From: Amoebophrya sp. A120
Lineage: Eukaryota; Protista; Dinoflagellata
Length of the DNA: 64,000 nt
NCBI GenBank assembly: GCA_905178155.1
Contig: CAJINV010000001.1
Location: forward strand, 13,971,265-14,035,264
Reading direction: 5' to 3'
This document shows positions 37,331 through 49,722 of this stretch, piece after piece. The position numbers were made by a program, and so were the translations under genes. Position 1 is the stretch's first letter, and each line of letters starts with the position of its first letter. The notes under the pieces are model-generated. The model had not been told where the DNA came from. It worked only from the letters and a program-made list of their open reading frames with translations, and searched no databases.

Positions 37331-40300
37331 TTAGAGTTCGAAGAAGTTCCAGACACACACGCTCGCGTCAGCGCCGGTCGTGACGATTTGTCGCATGTCG
37401 GGTGACCAGACAACGGACGTAACCGGCCCGGAGTGCCCCTCGAGCTGCGAAATCTTTTCGCTGGTTTCTAGATCGAAAACGAAGAGAAACCCGTCCTCAC
37501 TTCCGGCGGCGACATACTGCCCGCTCGGCGAGACTTCCACGCAGAGGTATTTGCAATTTCGCTCGTGGAAGCAGCCCACCGGATCTGCCACGTCAATGTC
37601 CCAGAAAAGAAGGCGTCCGTCGAGACCTGCCGAAAGGAGAGCATTTGTTTCTTTTCAAAGACATTTACCAAGAGCAAGGAGGACCACGCACACATATTAG
37701 CATAAGCAGAGGCAGTCGCTGCACTGTACTAAACTTCTGCTATCAACAACATCATGGGATTAGTTTCCTTCTACCGCAGCTGACGACTTCGCGTTCACAG
37801 TCTTTCCTCTGCGACAGTCCGGTCACGTTGCTGTTGGGCGTTGTTCGCTGCACGATAGACTTGTTGAGTTTGACGTCGTACGTGACCTGAGTATGTTGTA
37901 GATATAATTTCTTGATGCCGTGCCACTGGAACATCCCCGAAGTGGTAGGTGGAAACATGAAACTCGGGCAAAACCGAAGACAAAACCACAGGTACAAAAC
38001 TAGCTGTACGATGAATCTGTCCTCGCTGCCGGAGTGGAAGAGGTGTGGTCTCTCGATGTCGAGTTGCAAATCCGTAATGGGTTTCCTGTGCACGTTATCA
38101 AATGTAAAAATGTCTGGGTCTGGAAGAATGCGCGATGTGTCATGCAGCTTTTCTATGACCCATGCGGTCTGGAATGCAGGACCTAGCATGACAGATTCTG
38201 TGCGATCTTTCTCATGCCTATCCTGCATGAGAAACTGCCTCCCGACTTTGTCAGAACTGGACGACTTTTGGTAATCATGCAACACAGATTTTTGCATGCT
38301 TCAGATTTAGCATGACAAGTTCGCATTCTTCCAGACCCAGACATTTTTGCATTTGATACACGTGGTACTGCGCCAGTAGTTCTCTGGTTCTTCGGTGCCA
38401 CATATCCAGGAAAAAACACCCATCCCCATCCAATTTGTCATGCAAAACGTGCATAATTTCCACTATTTGTCATGCAAAAAATGGACAATAGACAATAGAC
38501 ACCCAAAATAGCTCGTAGAACCCTGTCAACTTCCACCAAGTGAAACATCACTGGTGAGGTGAGCCCAGGGCCCCTGGAGGTGAGAAACGAGGGTGGCACC
38601 TATAGTCGACCATACCAACTGGTCAACCAGGAAATGAGGAAGTGGGTAAGGAACACAAATGTCCCGGGATAACAAAAACTGAATATCCCGCACAACCTCT
38701 GCCAACCACTGCCCTCGAATTCACAAATGAAAAGGCTGAAAGCCAATTCAACTCCGGCTACTCTTCCCGAAGCAAGCTCAACCACCTCCCACCAAGAGCG
38801 AGCAACGGGGCAATGCCCTGAGGGACCGTTGAGAATCTCCCCAACGCAAACGTCATATAGCTTCAGCTCTAAGAGGCTGGCTGACGAATGAAAACGCACA
38901 CCTCCGGCTGCAGCGGCACAGACCAGAGGGGCAGGGGCATAGGAAGAATCGAACCGCACAACCAACTCGACCCAGGTAACCCAGAGAACCAAGGCCCTGG
39001 AACTCTGGGGACCAAGCACAACAGGAGGAGCAAAGCAAGGAAGGAGGAAAACCACCAGTCAAGAAGCACAACGGGCAGCAAGGTGAAGATCCGCAGCAGT
39101 CCGAAGACCACCCGATCTCAGGGCAACACACCTTGAAGCGCGAGGCCGCGAGACCTGCCGAACGCCTTGAAGGAAACCCCAGGGTCCAAGCGAACGACGA
39201 TGGCAAACCACCAACCCGACCTACTACCCGAGTGTGCCGGGGACGTGGAATCAGACAGGGCAGGATTATCACGCAACGGGAGTCACCCACCAAATCCTAT
39301 CCACGACCTCACTGAGATGGAGGCGAGAACGGTCTTGCTGGAGGGGAAACTGGCGAAGTATGTTGACCACACCACCGAACACTCACACCCGCTAGTCCGG
39401 AAACCGCCTCCCTGCAACAGATCGCAGCCGCACGACGACGAGCACCCGCGAAGGTCTGGAGCGCAGGCATATAAGTACCGACCACATAGCGGGCATCTTT
39501 ATATCAAGGCTGACCTCTCGCATTTGGGAGGCCGCGCCGCACACATTTGGGGGCGATCGGACCAGGGCTCATTTGGCCCTGCCTCAGCCTTGATATAAAG
39601 GAATAGCATAGCGAAAGATTCCAGCCGTCTGCGACGTGGAGTTGATGGCCACGACCGGCGAATCCCCTTGGACATCCTGCGGCCGGCACTTGTCGCACAC
39701 TGTAGATCACTGCAACCACAACAGATCTCGAGGAACCACCGCGCCGTAGGCAGGAGAAGCTGTGTCCAGGCCCGATTTGATCACACCGACAAGCCGCTGC
39801 AACACGAAGCACCCTCTGCAGGCAAAGGCGTCACAAACGTAAAACGAGGCCGGAGCCAGCGCAGACGGTCCGAGTACGATGATGAGCCTGAGATCAGTAT
39901 TTGAGTATTGGGCACTTAGAATGAGAGGAGATCGCAAAATATGTTGCGGACACCGCTATCCACAACCAGAACAGCTAGAAGCGAAGCAAGCAGGTTCAGA
40001 GACATGCAAATGAAAATACGAATTTTTAAATTTAATTTTAATGCATGAAAAACAGGAAGCAAAGAAGGAAAATATGGTAAGAGTCCCTGATCTCCCAAGC
40101 AACAGGGCGCTCCGCTAGTGTGCGCGGCATCCTCGTGGACCGGAGATGGAAACGCGCCGGCAATCCGCGACGAGTGCTCCGACCCCAACGCAACGCGCCA
40201 GTTTGCGGATTGTATCTGCCGATCGAAAGGCTAGAGCGCATCGCCACTGATGCGGAGCTGTCCCCTTTGCTTCGTTACGCTACGTGTGACCGAGGAGAGA

Positions 40301-42764
40301 AAACGCGTCGCGTAGCTTGAACGGCATTTCCAAGCGAAGGAAGCGCGTGTTGATTTTACAGGTCACTCCAAGAGGAGGAGCTCGCGCAGAGCCGACCCGT
40401 ACTCCGAGATGAAGAAGTCGCGCAAGTTACTCTGAGAGGAGAAGCTCGTGCTAGGTAAGCCCGCATTTACTCCGAGAGGAAAAGCTCGCGCACGTTACTC
40501 CGAGAAGGAGAAGGCTCTCGCAAGTCAAAATGCTCGCCGCCGCTGGTGACAGAAGAAGAACCGGGCGAAACACCCGCCGGCACCACCGAAGCATTTTGCG
40601 CACGTGCGCGCTTCAGGTGGAGGGCAGATGATTCCTCATTTTTGTTTTGTTTTGATTTACTAGGAAATTGGATGGGTGTTTTTTCCTGGATACCACACGC
40701 GACAATAGCAGTCTTCACCGCCAGTCACGATGAACTGGGCCCATTCCTTAATTGCCGTGATCTTCCCCCGGTGGGCATTGGCGATTTCCCAACTCGGCGC
40801 GATGTTCTGCGCGCGTCTAGACAACCGGAAAGCGCGCATAAAGCTGTCCTCGCACCCGACCAGAATCTCGTCCTCCACCTCGCTGACACAGGCGCAGAGA
40901 ATCGGGCTCTGTAGTAGAGTAGTAGAGTTGGTATGTTCATACTCATAGCCTCGCCCGGGGCTGTCAAAGCAATCGTAGGTAAAAACGATGCTCGACATGA
41001 TCAAATAAACTACCCGACAAAGCAGTTGCACTACGTACACGTAGCGTATTAAAGTGCGCTCATACCTTTATTCTGACGCTCTGCAAATGCGAGTAGTCGG
41101 AAAGGTCCCAAAGAAACATCTCCCCGGCGGTGCTGACGGTGACCATAGCTTCGCTGTCCTTTGCCCCAAAGCATGCCATTGCTGCGTCAAACTGTGATAT
41201 TCAAACGATTTTTGTTGTGGAGGTTCGAAGACATTAGATAGAGGCTGCAGTTGTGAGAGTCATGCTCATGCAAAACTACGAGGCATGCGCAAATCCAAAT
41301 CCTGATGCTGAGGCGAAGAAAAAAATCATACTGTGTGCGCTGCGGAGTGAAGCGTTGTGGTCAAATCCTTCGTCAGACACCTCCAGAGTTTGCCGTTCTT
41401 GGTGCTAACCAAAACCTCTTTCGCGTCCGCACTCAGAGTGACGCTCACGCAGGGGGCTTCTAGTATATTCTCGACGGTCATGTCCCAATGAGTCTGGTTT
41501 CAAATTTATTTTTTCTCTGTGTATCATCTTCGACAAAGAGGACATTGGCATGGAAATTGATTATACGGCTCGATTGACCTTCACCTTCGCACTCTCTCTC
41601 TCAAAAGCGATGGTTTTTGTTTTGCAGAAGTGAAAAACATAGTAAAGCAGGTGCTACTTCAAAACTTACATCTGAGCCCTTGACTCGCTTGACTTTTCCG
41701 TCTCCTCCAGTGAGAATGATTGTCGTCTCGTCCAGCATGGTCATTCCAGTTACGCCACCGTTGACGATCGGCAAGGAGCAGCGGAATACCCTAGGTTTTG
41801 TTTGGTTGGAGTCCTGGTCGCTAATTAGTGGACCGAAGAAAAACTGCACGAAAAGAATGCATCATTATCGATCGAAAAGTAAAACGCACTTGTTGGTCAA
41901 GTTGAAGACGCAGAGGTCGCCTGCCGCAGTGCCGGTGATTAACTGGTCCCCCTGGATGAGGCCGCACGTGTGTTTTCGATGAAGCCCCGAGGGTGGGAGC
42001 TGGAACTTCGCCGTTTCCAGCAAGTAGCTCATTGATCGGATGTCGAAGATCAAATCGTGCATCAGGACCTCGGACTCGTACGTGGTGCACAGAAGGTAGC
42101 TTGGGTATCGATTATTGGCATTTGGGGGAACCACTTCGCCCCAACATACCATGTGGCAAACCGTCTCGGTTTGGCGGTCGTATCTGGGAAGGTGAAAGTT
42201 GTAGGAATCGATGGTTCAGCTTCACTCCCGCGCATTATAGCAGTCGAGCTGGACCTTTTTGAAAACACAACCCCATACTCATCAACGAGTACATCATTGC
42301 GCAACAAGCACCATATACACGACTTCCCCCGTTGTGACGTCCCAGATTAAGATCCGCGCATTTGCGCCGGTGCCGCAGAGGAACCGTCCGTCGGGTGAGA
42401 AGGCTAAGCAGATCACGGATCCGGTGAAGCCACCAAAATCCTTGTAGATGGTTCTCTGTTCCTCGTCCCACACAATGACGGGGGCGATTTGCCCTTTTCT
42501 TCTCTCCGACCCCCGCTGCCCAGAGGCGATCATTTTTCCGTTGCGCGACGTGGTGATGGCGGAGACCTCCGCGTCGTGGGCACGGAGGAAGTCCTGGTTG
42601 TGAGGGTTCCGCAGATCCTCCATAACCACGCAACAACCCACCGGGTAGATGTAGACATCGCGTCTGGCTGGATGCAACACCACGGTGTTCGGAAACCGGT
42701 TCGTCAGCCCGCATAGGTGTTCGAGCTCCACGGCCGCCGCCGGCTTTTTCGTTTCCTCCGCCAT
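37331..42764 (-). CDS. WD40-repeat protein, CFAP52/WDR16-like, 10 exons
   Basis: ELEHLCG..VVLHP..IYPVGCCVV..QDFLRAHDAEVSAI..IASGQ N-terminus resembles CFAP52; multiple WD repeats to GHSGPVTSVVWSPD..VWNF. Seven GT-AG introns and two TIR introns all join in frame. Confidence 0.88.
38096..38358. mobile_element. Family-A TIR introner in the WD40 gene, 263 bp, TSD CACGT
   Basis: Family-A TIRs; CACGT at 38091-38095 and 38359-38363; removal gives ELLAQYHVHRKPITDL. Confidence 0.95.
38403..40692. mobile_element. Family-D long TIR introner in the WD40 gene, 2290 bp, TSD CCACA
   Basis: 23-bp perfect TIR TATCCAGGAAAAAACACCCATCC; CCACA at 38398-38402 and 40693-40697; removal gives TGGEDCYCRVWHRRTRELL. 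Confidence 0.93.
40370..40525. repeat. Imperfect ~28-bp subterminal repeat TTACTCCGAGAGGAGAAGCTCGCGCAAG (4-5 copies) in element D
   Basis: Copies near 40400, 40427, 40467 and 40495. Confidence 0.8.
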
Positions 42765-43436
42765 GGGGGGCGGCGATTTCACTGATTCTTCGAGAGAACA
42801 AAGCAGTAATGCAGAAGCAAAGCTCCGGGGCCCCTCATGAGGAGCTTGGCATCGTTTCTCGGTCGGTCTGCGCGGCGTCGAGGCCGCTATTGAAGCTGCC
42901 TCTGTGCCGCCTACCGCAAGAGTGTTGCTTTGGCTTTGTGAATTATATTGATTTCATTTACTGCGATGAGTGTGCTTTTTACTTTTAGGTCGTATTTATC
43001 GATCGATCTACTTTCAGTACACCACACACTTGAAAATTTTTGCAACTCTCGTCCGCGTGCGTCGTTTACTGAAGTTCCTTTTCCACTCGTCACCTCTTGA
43101 TTGCAGGGTCCTGCTTCCATCCCTTGATTGCATTGCGGTACAACGCTCCTTACGGTTGATTGCGACTCAACATTGGCGAGAAACCAAAAAAGAAAAACTC
43201 AACATCACGGAAAAATAATTCCGAGAAAAGAGCAGCTCAGAATCAGAAAACAGACGATGAACCTGTCATGCAGGAGGAGAACCCCAGCTCCAGGTACTGC
43301 CACTTATGCTACGTTGATACGCTCTTTCGTCTTTTTTCTTCTTGCGCGTCAACGAAAAAGTCAAATCCAACAGGTGTCGCTCGACAACCCCTATTGAATC
43401 CTTCTCACGCAAGAAGTTGTGAGAGAACAACCAACA

Positions 43437-46400
43437 TCAGCCCAACGAGGAAGTCCCAACATCAGCCACGTTGCACCTACCGCTCAGGGCCTGATCTAGT
43501 GCCTCGATTTCTCGGGACAGGCGTATCTCCTCGTCCACTTCGTACTGGCTTTGGTACAGCTGCGCGCGCTGGATTTGCTGCTTCACTCCCTGCCACCAGT
43601 AGCTCGGTTCTATCCAGTCGGACGATGACGAACCCGCACTTTGTAGTATGTGTGAAGTCCCTGCCCCGACGCCACGTGATGCCAGAGACCCAGTGGGCGA
43701 GCTACGCCGGGCCCCTCCATCCGTTTCGAGCGGCGGTGGCGTGGCGCGAGCCGCAGAACGACGGCCGCTCAAGTGGTCACGTCGCCGCTCCCAGGCGCCT
43801 CTTGTCGGACGGCCAGCAGAGGAAGATACCGTGTCGTGGCTCGAGGAAGCTTTCAGCCCGGATCCAGACTGGGTGCTCGGAGCGATCCGCATGGCCGACG
43901 AGGAGGAGACGAGCATTTGCAAGTCCTCGGGAAAGAATTCTCCGAGCTCGGTGCCACCTGGTTGTGCTTCGGCGGTTCCGTGAATATCCACCGTTGCTGT
44001 CGTTGACTGCCGTCGAATTCGGCGGACGCTCGGCGCGGTCTCGTGGGTAATGTCAACCGTGACGGAGGGCAGCTGCGAATCCGCGTCGTCGCGCACCGGG
44101 GCAAAGTTGTCTGTGTACACTTCCTTCCCGCCATGGATGTACGAACACCGTCCGTAGCGCGGTAACCGCACCGACCCTCCGCCTTTATTTGTTGCCGCTG
44201 CAGCGCCCGGTGCTCGAGGACTGCCAGGGCTGCCAAAAGGCTCGACTCCCGTCGTGGTGCGCTCTTTTATTGCGCTGAGCCGCGGGGGCGAGTGGTTGGC
44301 TCCTGTGACAAACGCGCACCCGTCGTGCGCGTAGGACTTTCGTATTGGCGGACCACCTGCAAGAACATCCGGGCTGCGGCTCGACCTCTGCATGTGCCGT
44401 CGCGCAGCCTCCTCGGTGGTACTTCCGGCGAAGGGCTGGTTGCGGTTGTGTGCCAGGTACCAGTTGTGGGATTTGCGCTTACTGCGCAATCCGTCGAACA
44501 GAAACCGCACCTCGACCAGTTCCTCATCCGCCTGCTTGGTGTACGGTTGCAGCAAGTCCCAGTTCTTTGTCGTCCTTGCTTCAGAAAGCGCTTGGGCGAA
44601 CTCGGGGTCCAGTTCCACGGGTGCCTGATTGAGCGCCCTCTCGCTTTGTTTCAGGCGGGGCTTCTGACCCGCCGCGCCAAAGGCCGGAGACTCGACAACG
44701 TTGTCGAGTCTGCAAGCCACCAGGGGGTGCTGCGGTCTCGTCCCCCGCCCACCTGCTCTCGTACCCCGCGTAGTAGTACCTGCTCCTGCGGCATTATAGG
44801 GGCGCGGCGGGCGGCCACGCCGACCGGGCTTGGGCACCGAAGCCAAGGTCCCGTAGGCCGGATCCATTTGGTATGCTGGTCCTCTGGCTCCAGCCGTACG
44901 ACTGCCCCGGGCCGTTCCTGTGCTGTCCTGGGCTGGGAGCAGTTGTCCTGCGGCCGGCGCGCCTTGCCGCGAGGACGCGGTCGAACTGGAGGAAGCGAGG
45001 GCCCCGCTCACCAGCCGCGGACTGGCCTGTCCGGCGCTCCGGCTGCGACGCACACTGGCCGCGCCCCGAATCTGCGCCAGGAGCTCTCCGGGCGTTTTTG
45101 GTCGGGCCAGCGCCACGTCCCCGACCGCGGCGGATTTGCTGGTGGGCGAGACCGAGACCGTTTCTCCGTAGGTCAGCGTAGTCGGGCTGCCAAGGTGCAT
45201 CTCGCCGGCGCCGTCCCAGTGGTCGGCCACGCGGAAAACGCCTCCGTCCGCAGGCACGACGCTAGCCCCACCTGGCGGAATGGTTGTGTTATAGTCCGCG
45301 GCACGAAACGGGGCGGGCTTGTTCGCCACATCGATAAAGGTCGCATCAATCACTTCGAGTTTCGCTTGCTCCAAGTAGTGGCGGCAAAGCTCCGCGATCG
45401 TGAAGACGCGCGCAACTCCGTCGGACTGAATGAAATGAAAACCCGCAATTTTTGAAGGATCGCGCTCGAGGTTGCGACGTTTGATTTTTGTTTTGAGCAG
45501 TTTAGAGAGAAAAGACCGACTCGTCTCGTCCTTCATGAAGAATTAGCACAATGCATCAATCACACGAAAGATGGGCGTGAAACTTCCTCGTCCTTGTTCC
45601 TCGAACAAAACAGAAACAAACATCAATACCCCCAGCGCCTCGATTTTCAAACTGAAGTAGAGGTGCAAAACCCAGTACAAGTCTGGCGCGGTCAGCTTCA
45701 GTGTGTCTGAGCGCAATTGTGCCAGGTCCTCGTCCTCCAGTCGTGCCAAGACCTGGCGGAAACTGCGGTAGACGAAGACACGGCGGCCCTTCGGGGAGCT
45801 TGGCACCGCGTTTTGTGGCACCTTCGAGGCCTCTGGGCTCAGTGTGAACGTCGGCGTGATCGTTTTCCCCCGTGCGAAAATCGTCAGCGGCTCCTGCGCG
45901 GGCGCCAGGGGTGCGCGTGCCGCTTCGCGCAAGACTTCCCAGAAAGGCAGCTCCCCAACTTCGGAGATCCCCGAGAGGCAACTGTACACTCGGAAGCGGC
46001 AATCCTCGTCAAGTTTTGGATCTGTGACGGAAGTGGCAGCTCCTGCTCGTGTCGTGGTTCGCCGGTTGGTGCGGGGTGATTTTGCGGAGGCCGCGCTGTC
46101 CTCGTCCTTGGTACTCAAATCCCCGGTCGTCATACTGCCGCGTGTACGGCGCCCAGTTGAGCCGCGCGGAGTCGTGGAGCTTTGTGACTTTCGCGGAGAC
46201 GTGGACGTTGCGGGACCGGTGCCTGCCATCGCAGGTCCGGGCTGGGCGATGGGCCGCGGGTCCTCACAGAGGACCTGCATCACGCGCTGAAATAGGGACA
46301 GTTTGCCGACGGCGAGCCGCTTCTTCTGGAAGTACGCCCTGGAGGGAGACAGTTGTAGAATGATCTTTATTGCGATGATCTTAGCGATCCACTTTTCAGA

Positions 46401-49221
46401 ATAGCATCTTCATCGACCCCAACTTCCAAACTCTTACAAAACAACAACAAGAAAAGTCAAAAGTTACTTCATCGAGTCGCAGAAGAGTTCCGCCGCACTG
46501 GTGGGGAGTTTGTGAGTCGCCGCCACATCGTGAAAATCCCGAGTATAACTTTCCCGGTCAGGGGGTGCTTCCAGTAAAGCGACGGCGCTGCTGAGAACGG
46601 TCGCGGGCTCGCCCGACGATTGCCGTGTCCCGGTGAGGTTCAAATGCAGGAAGGCGTGGCACGAGCTCCGAATTGACAGGAAGCTGTCTGAGGGCAACAC
46701 ACAGGCGAGCTGCGAGGTCAGGGGCGTTACCGTTCGTGTTGATGTCACTGCGTTGTTTTCAGCGGCGCCTCGCGGCGAGTTTACATCCTTGCTGTCCGGA
46801 GGAGTGAGATGCTTTGATGAATTTCCAGTACCACCAGTAATGGCCGCAGCGATGTTGTCGTCGTGTACAAAGGCCGGCTTCGCGGCCAGTATGGTGTGCT
46901 GCGGTTCGTGCATGGCCTCGATCCAGCCGCGCAACGAATCGGAGAGCCGGGAGCTCGAGCTTCCACTCTGCGCGTCGTAGTCCGCCTGTCGCTCGCGATA
47001 ACGCTCACACAAATCGTGCAGTATTCGCGACCGCGTGCTCGTCCCTACGACCGCCTCAGTGAGAAAGTGCTCCCATGCGTTGGATTCCAGAAACGACGCG
47101 ATCAGAACGCGGAGCTGCTGCGCATCGTCGGTGGAACTGACCAGGTGTGGGGGCCGAAGTTTCTCCAGAAATTTCTCGTCATCGAACGAGAAGCGGACCG
47201 TTTGGTTAGCCGCGGAACTCGGGCGCTTACCGGAGGAGGTGGTTTCCACACTTTTCACCAGGTAATCGCTGTAGTTCCAAAACAAACGCAGGGTGGCCTC
47301 CAAAAACGTCGCAATTAGCTTCGACCGGACACGCGTCTCGTCCTGGCTGCTGTTGCCGCGAAAGGAGCCGTCCGTGCGATCCGTCTGCGCTGCGGACGAC
47401 GGCTGAGAGGATTGAATTCAATTCATTCAAATTATACGTCAAAGGTTTATCGTGTGGGGGGCATAGTTACAGAATCAAGCTTTCATTTAAGTTGAAAAAA
47501 TTCTCCTACTTCTTGGTGACATGAAAAACACAAAAATAACGCATCAGAAGTTAATACTTGCTTCTAACCTCAGCGGGCGAGAGCGCCGGAGCGTTGGTGG
47601 TCGCTGCGTGGTTCAACAAGTGGCAGTGATTCCATTGGTTCTGCGCTGCGGTGCCGCCCGCCCCACTCCGTTCGTGCAACGCTGCGTTCCGGAGCTGCGC
47701 TTGAAAGAAGCGCAGGAAGCTCTCCGGGACGATAATTGGCATGCAGTCTTGGTACACACACGGCATGTTTTTGCTCGACGCGAACTCGTGCTGCTGCTCC
47801 CCCGCTTGCTGGTCTGCGGGCTGTTCTGGGTCCTGCTTGTTCATCGCGCTATTGCTCATAGCGTACGGAGCGTTAAAGGCCACCTCGTCGTTGTCCAAGT
47901 CGAACACCACGACGTCACTGGGACACGCCCGCACGATTGCCGTGATGCTGTCATGGTGCACGCCTACGAGGAAGGGGGTGGGGCATTCTAAAATGATCCA
48001 CATGTGCCGCGGCAGGGTCGGGATGTAGACGTGGTGCCACTGAAAGGGAAAGAGCAACGCCTTGACCGCTTCGGAGATCAGCGTGAGCAAGGAGAGCGAG
48101 CGCTTGGACGCGGCAAGCACGATCTTCTTCTCGGTGAGGAGCAGGAAGAACAGGTACACCAGGTTCTTCACGTTCAAACAGCCGAGTAGCGGCCGGAAGG
48201 TGAAGTCGCGGGCCAGCGACGCGGGGTCTAAGACGCTGTAATTCCGGAGGTGGTAGCCGAGCGAGAAGAGCGTCTGCGTGGACTTTGTGAAGGACAGCAG
48301 GTTGTTGTGCACGGTTGGGAGAGGGATCTCGTAGAGCAGATAGGCGAGGTTGTATGTGAGCAGGAAATCCCGTTGCTTGCCACCATCCTGCTGAAACAAC
48401 TGCTCCAGTTCCTGCATCACTGCAACTTGTTCACTATTCGTAGTACCAGTTGTACTTCTACCCGCGTGGTCCGAGGAACTGCGCTGATCCCGCTCCCCAG
48501 CCGATAGTGCGACTGCACTCGTGCTGGTGCTTCGCTTACTCGCACCCCCACCAGAAGCGGACGGCGTCGTGGCGAGACGCAGGAGTTCGGAGAGGAAATC
48601 CCGGCAGCCTTGCAGATACGGATATTTCGTGACCAGACAAATCGCTTTCGGCACGAACAGCGCGTCCGGGCTATCGGCCTGGTTCTCCGCCGTTTGCAGA
48701 CTCTGGTCGTTCTGTTCGTCTTCCGGTTGTAGCTCAATGAGGCTTCCATCGGCATCCCCACCGGTTCCGCCCCCACTGGTCGACGAGGACGCCCATCGCT
48801 TCAGGGATTGCCGGCGCCGCGAGGTGTACGGCAGCTTTTCGCTTTCGAAAGCCACCAAGCAGGTCACGTAGTAGTTGTCGTAGGTGGGCGTGGTCAGCAC
48901 GAAGCTGAACACGTAGGGCTCCAGGTCGGGTTTGCGCTTTGCCGAGGAGGCCGGAACGCCGCTGGGAAAGACGAAGTCAGGTATGTCCGGCAGCATCGGC
49001 GCAATGGGTCGGTCCGTGTAGTCTTTGCCGGGGAACCGGGCTTGCACCACAGGCTTGTACAACAAGCTCTGCTGTGCGTTTGAGCCGCCCCGCCGGCCCG
49101 CGGCTTTGGTCACCAAGGTTCCCTGGCCATCTCGTTGCAAACCGACAACCAGCAAGTAGTCGACCAGACGTTCTTCCACCGGTGATGGCGCGGCACTGGC
49201 GGACGAGGCGCCGCTCGCCAT
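43437..49221 (-). CDS. DENN-domain protein (Rab GEF-like) with long low-complexity C-terminus, 4 exons
   Basis: uDENN RLVDYLLVVG..RFP..FVFPSG..FSFVLT; DENN PKAICLVTKYPY, LLTEKKIVL, LLFPFQWHHVYIPTLP, LECPTPFLVG; dDENN-like ATFLEATLRLF. GT-AG introns join the four large ORFs in frame (~47568-47403, ~46467-46339, ~45629-45531). Confidence 0.88.
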
Positions 49222-49722
49222 TTTGTTTTTGAGGGAAGCTTGCTCCAACTGAAAAGTATAAAGTGGTTAACTTCACATAATTCACTTATTCTGTACTTTC
49301 ATATATGTGATTTCATTTCGAAAGAAACATCTTCTACGCCTACAAGTGAGCGAGGTCATACTACGACTCATGACGACTGCTGCAACTGCGGTAGTACATG
49401 CACTCCATCTTCTCCAACGCTTGTCCTGGTAGAGATAGTGAGCACAGTCAGCACAAAACTACTATCTCGGATAATGCGGCGCGGCTACTGCAAAGAAAAG
49501 AACACTAGATGCAGCTGCAGGTGCAAGCTCAATTTCTCCAGTGGTTGCCAGTGAAGACTGCGCAGCTGCTTCTCTTCCGCTTTTTCTTTTGACTGACATC
49601 ACAATATCGTGATTTTTTTTGGTCTTTTCGAGCGGTCAGCTCAAGAAAAGCTGTTGCTGTCTGCTGGTTCGACACAAGTGACAAACATCGGGGCAACAGC
49701 GGCCGGCGTAGCCAACACCACA

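Noticed and set aside
40370-40525. ~28-bp repeats as a CRISPR array
   Set aside because: Degenerate, partly tandem with no regular unique spacers, inside a TIR element in eukaryotic DNA, no cas genes.
42180-42320. WD40 intron with TAT.../...GATA near its ends as another introner
   Set aside because: A canonical GTATATG...TTCCCAG intron restores the frame (VVYDRQ); no extended TIR or 5-bp TSD.
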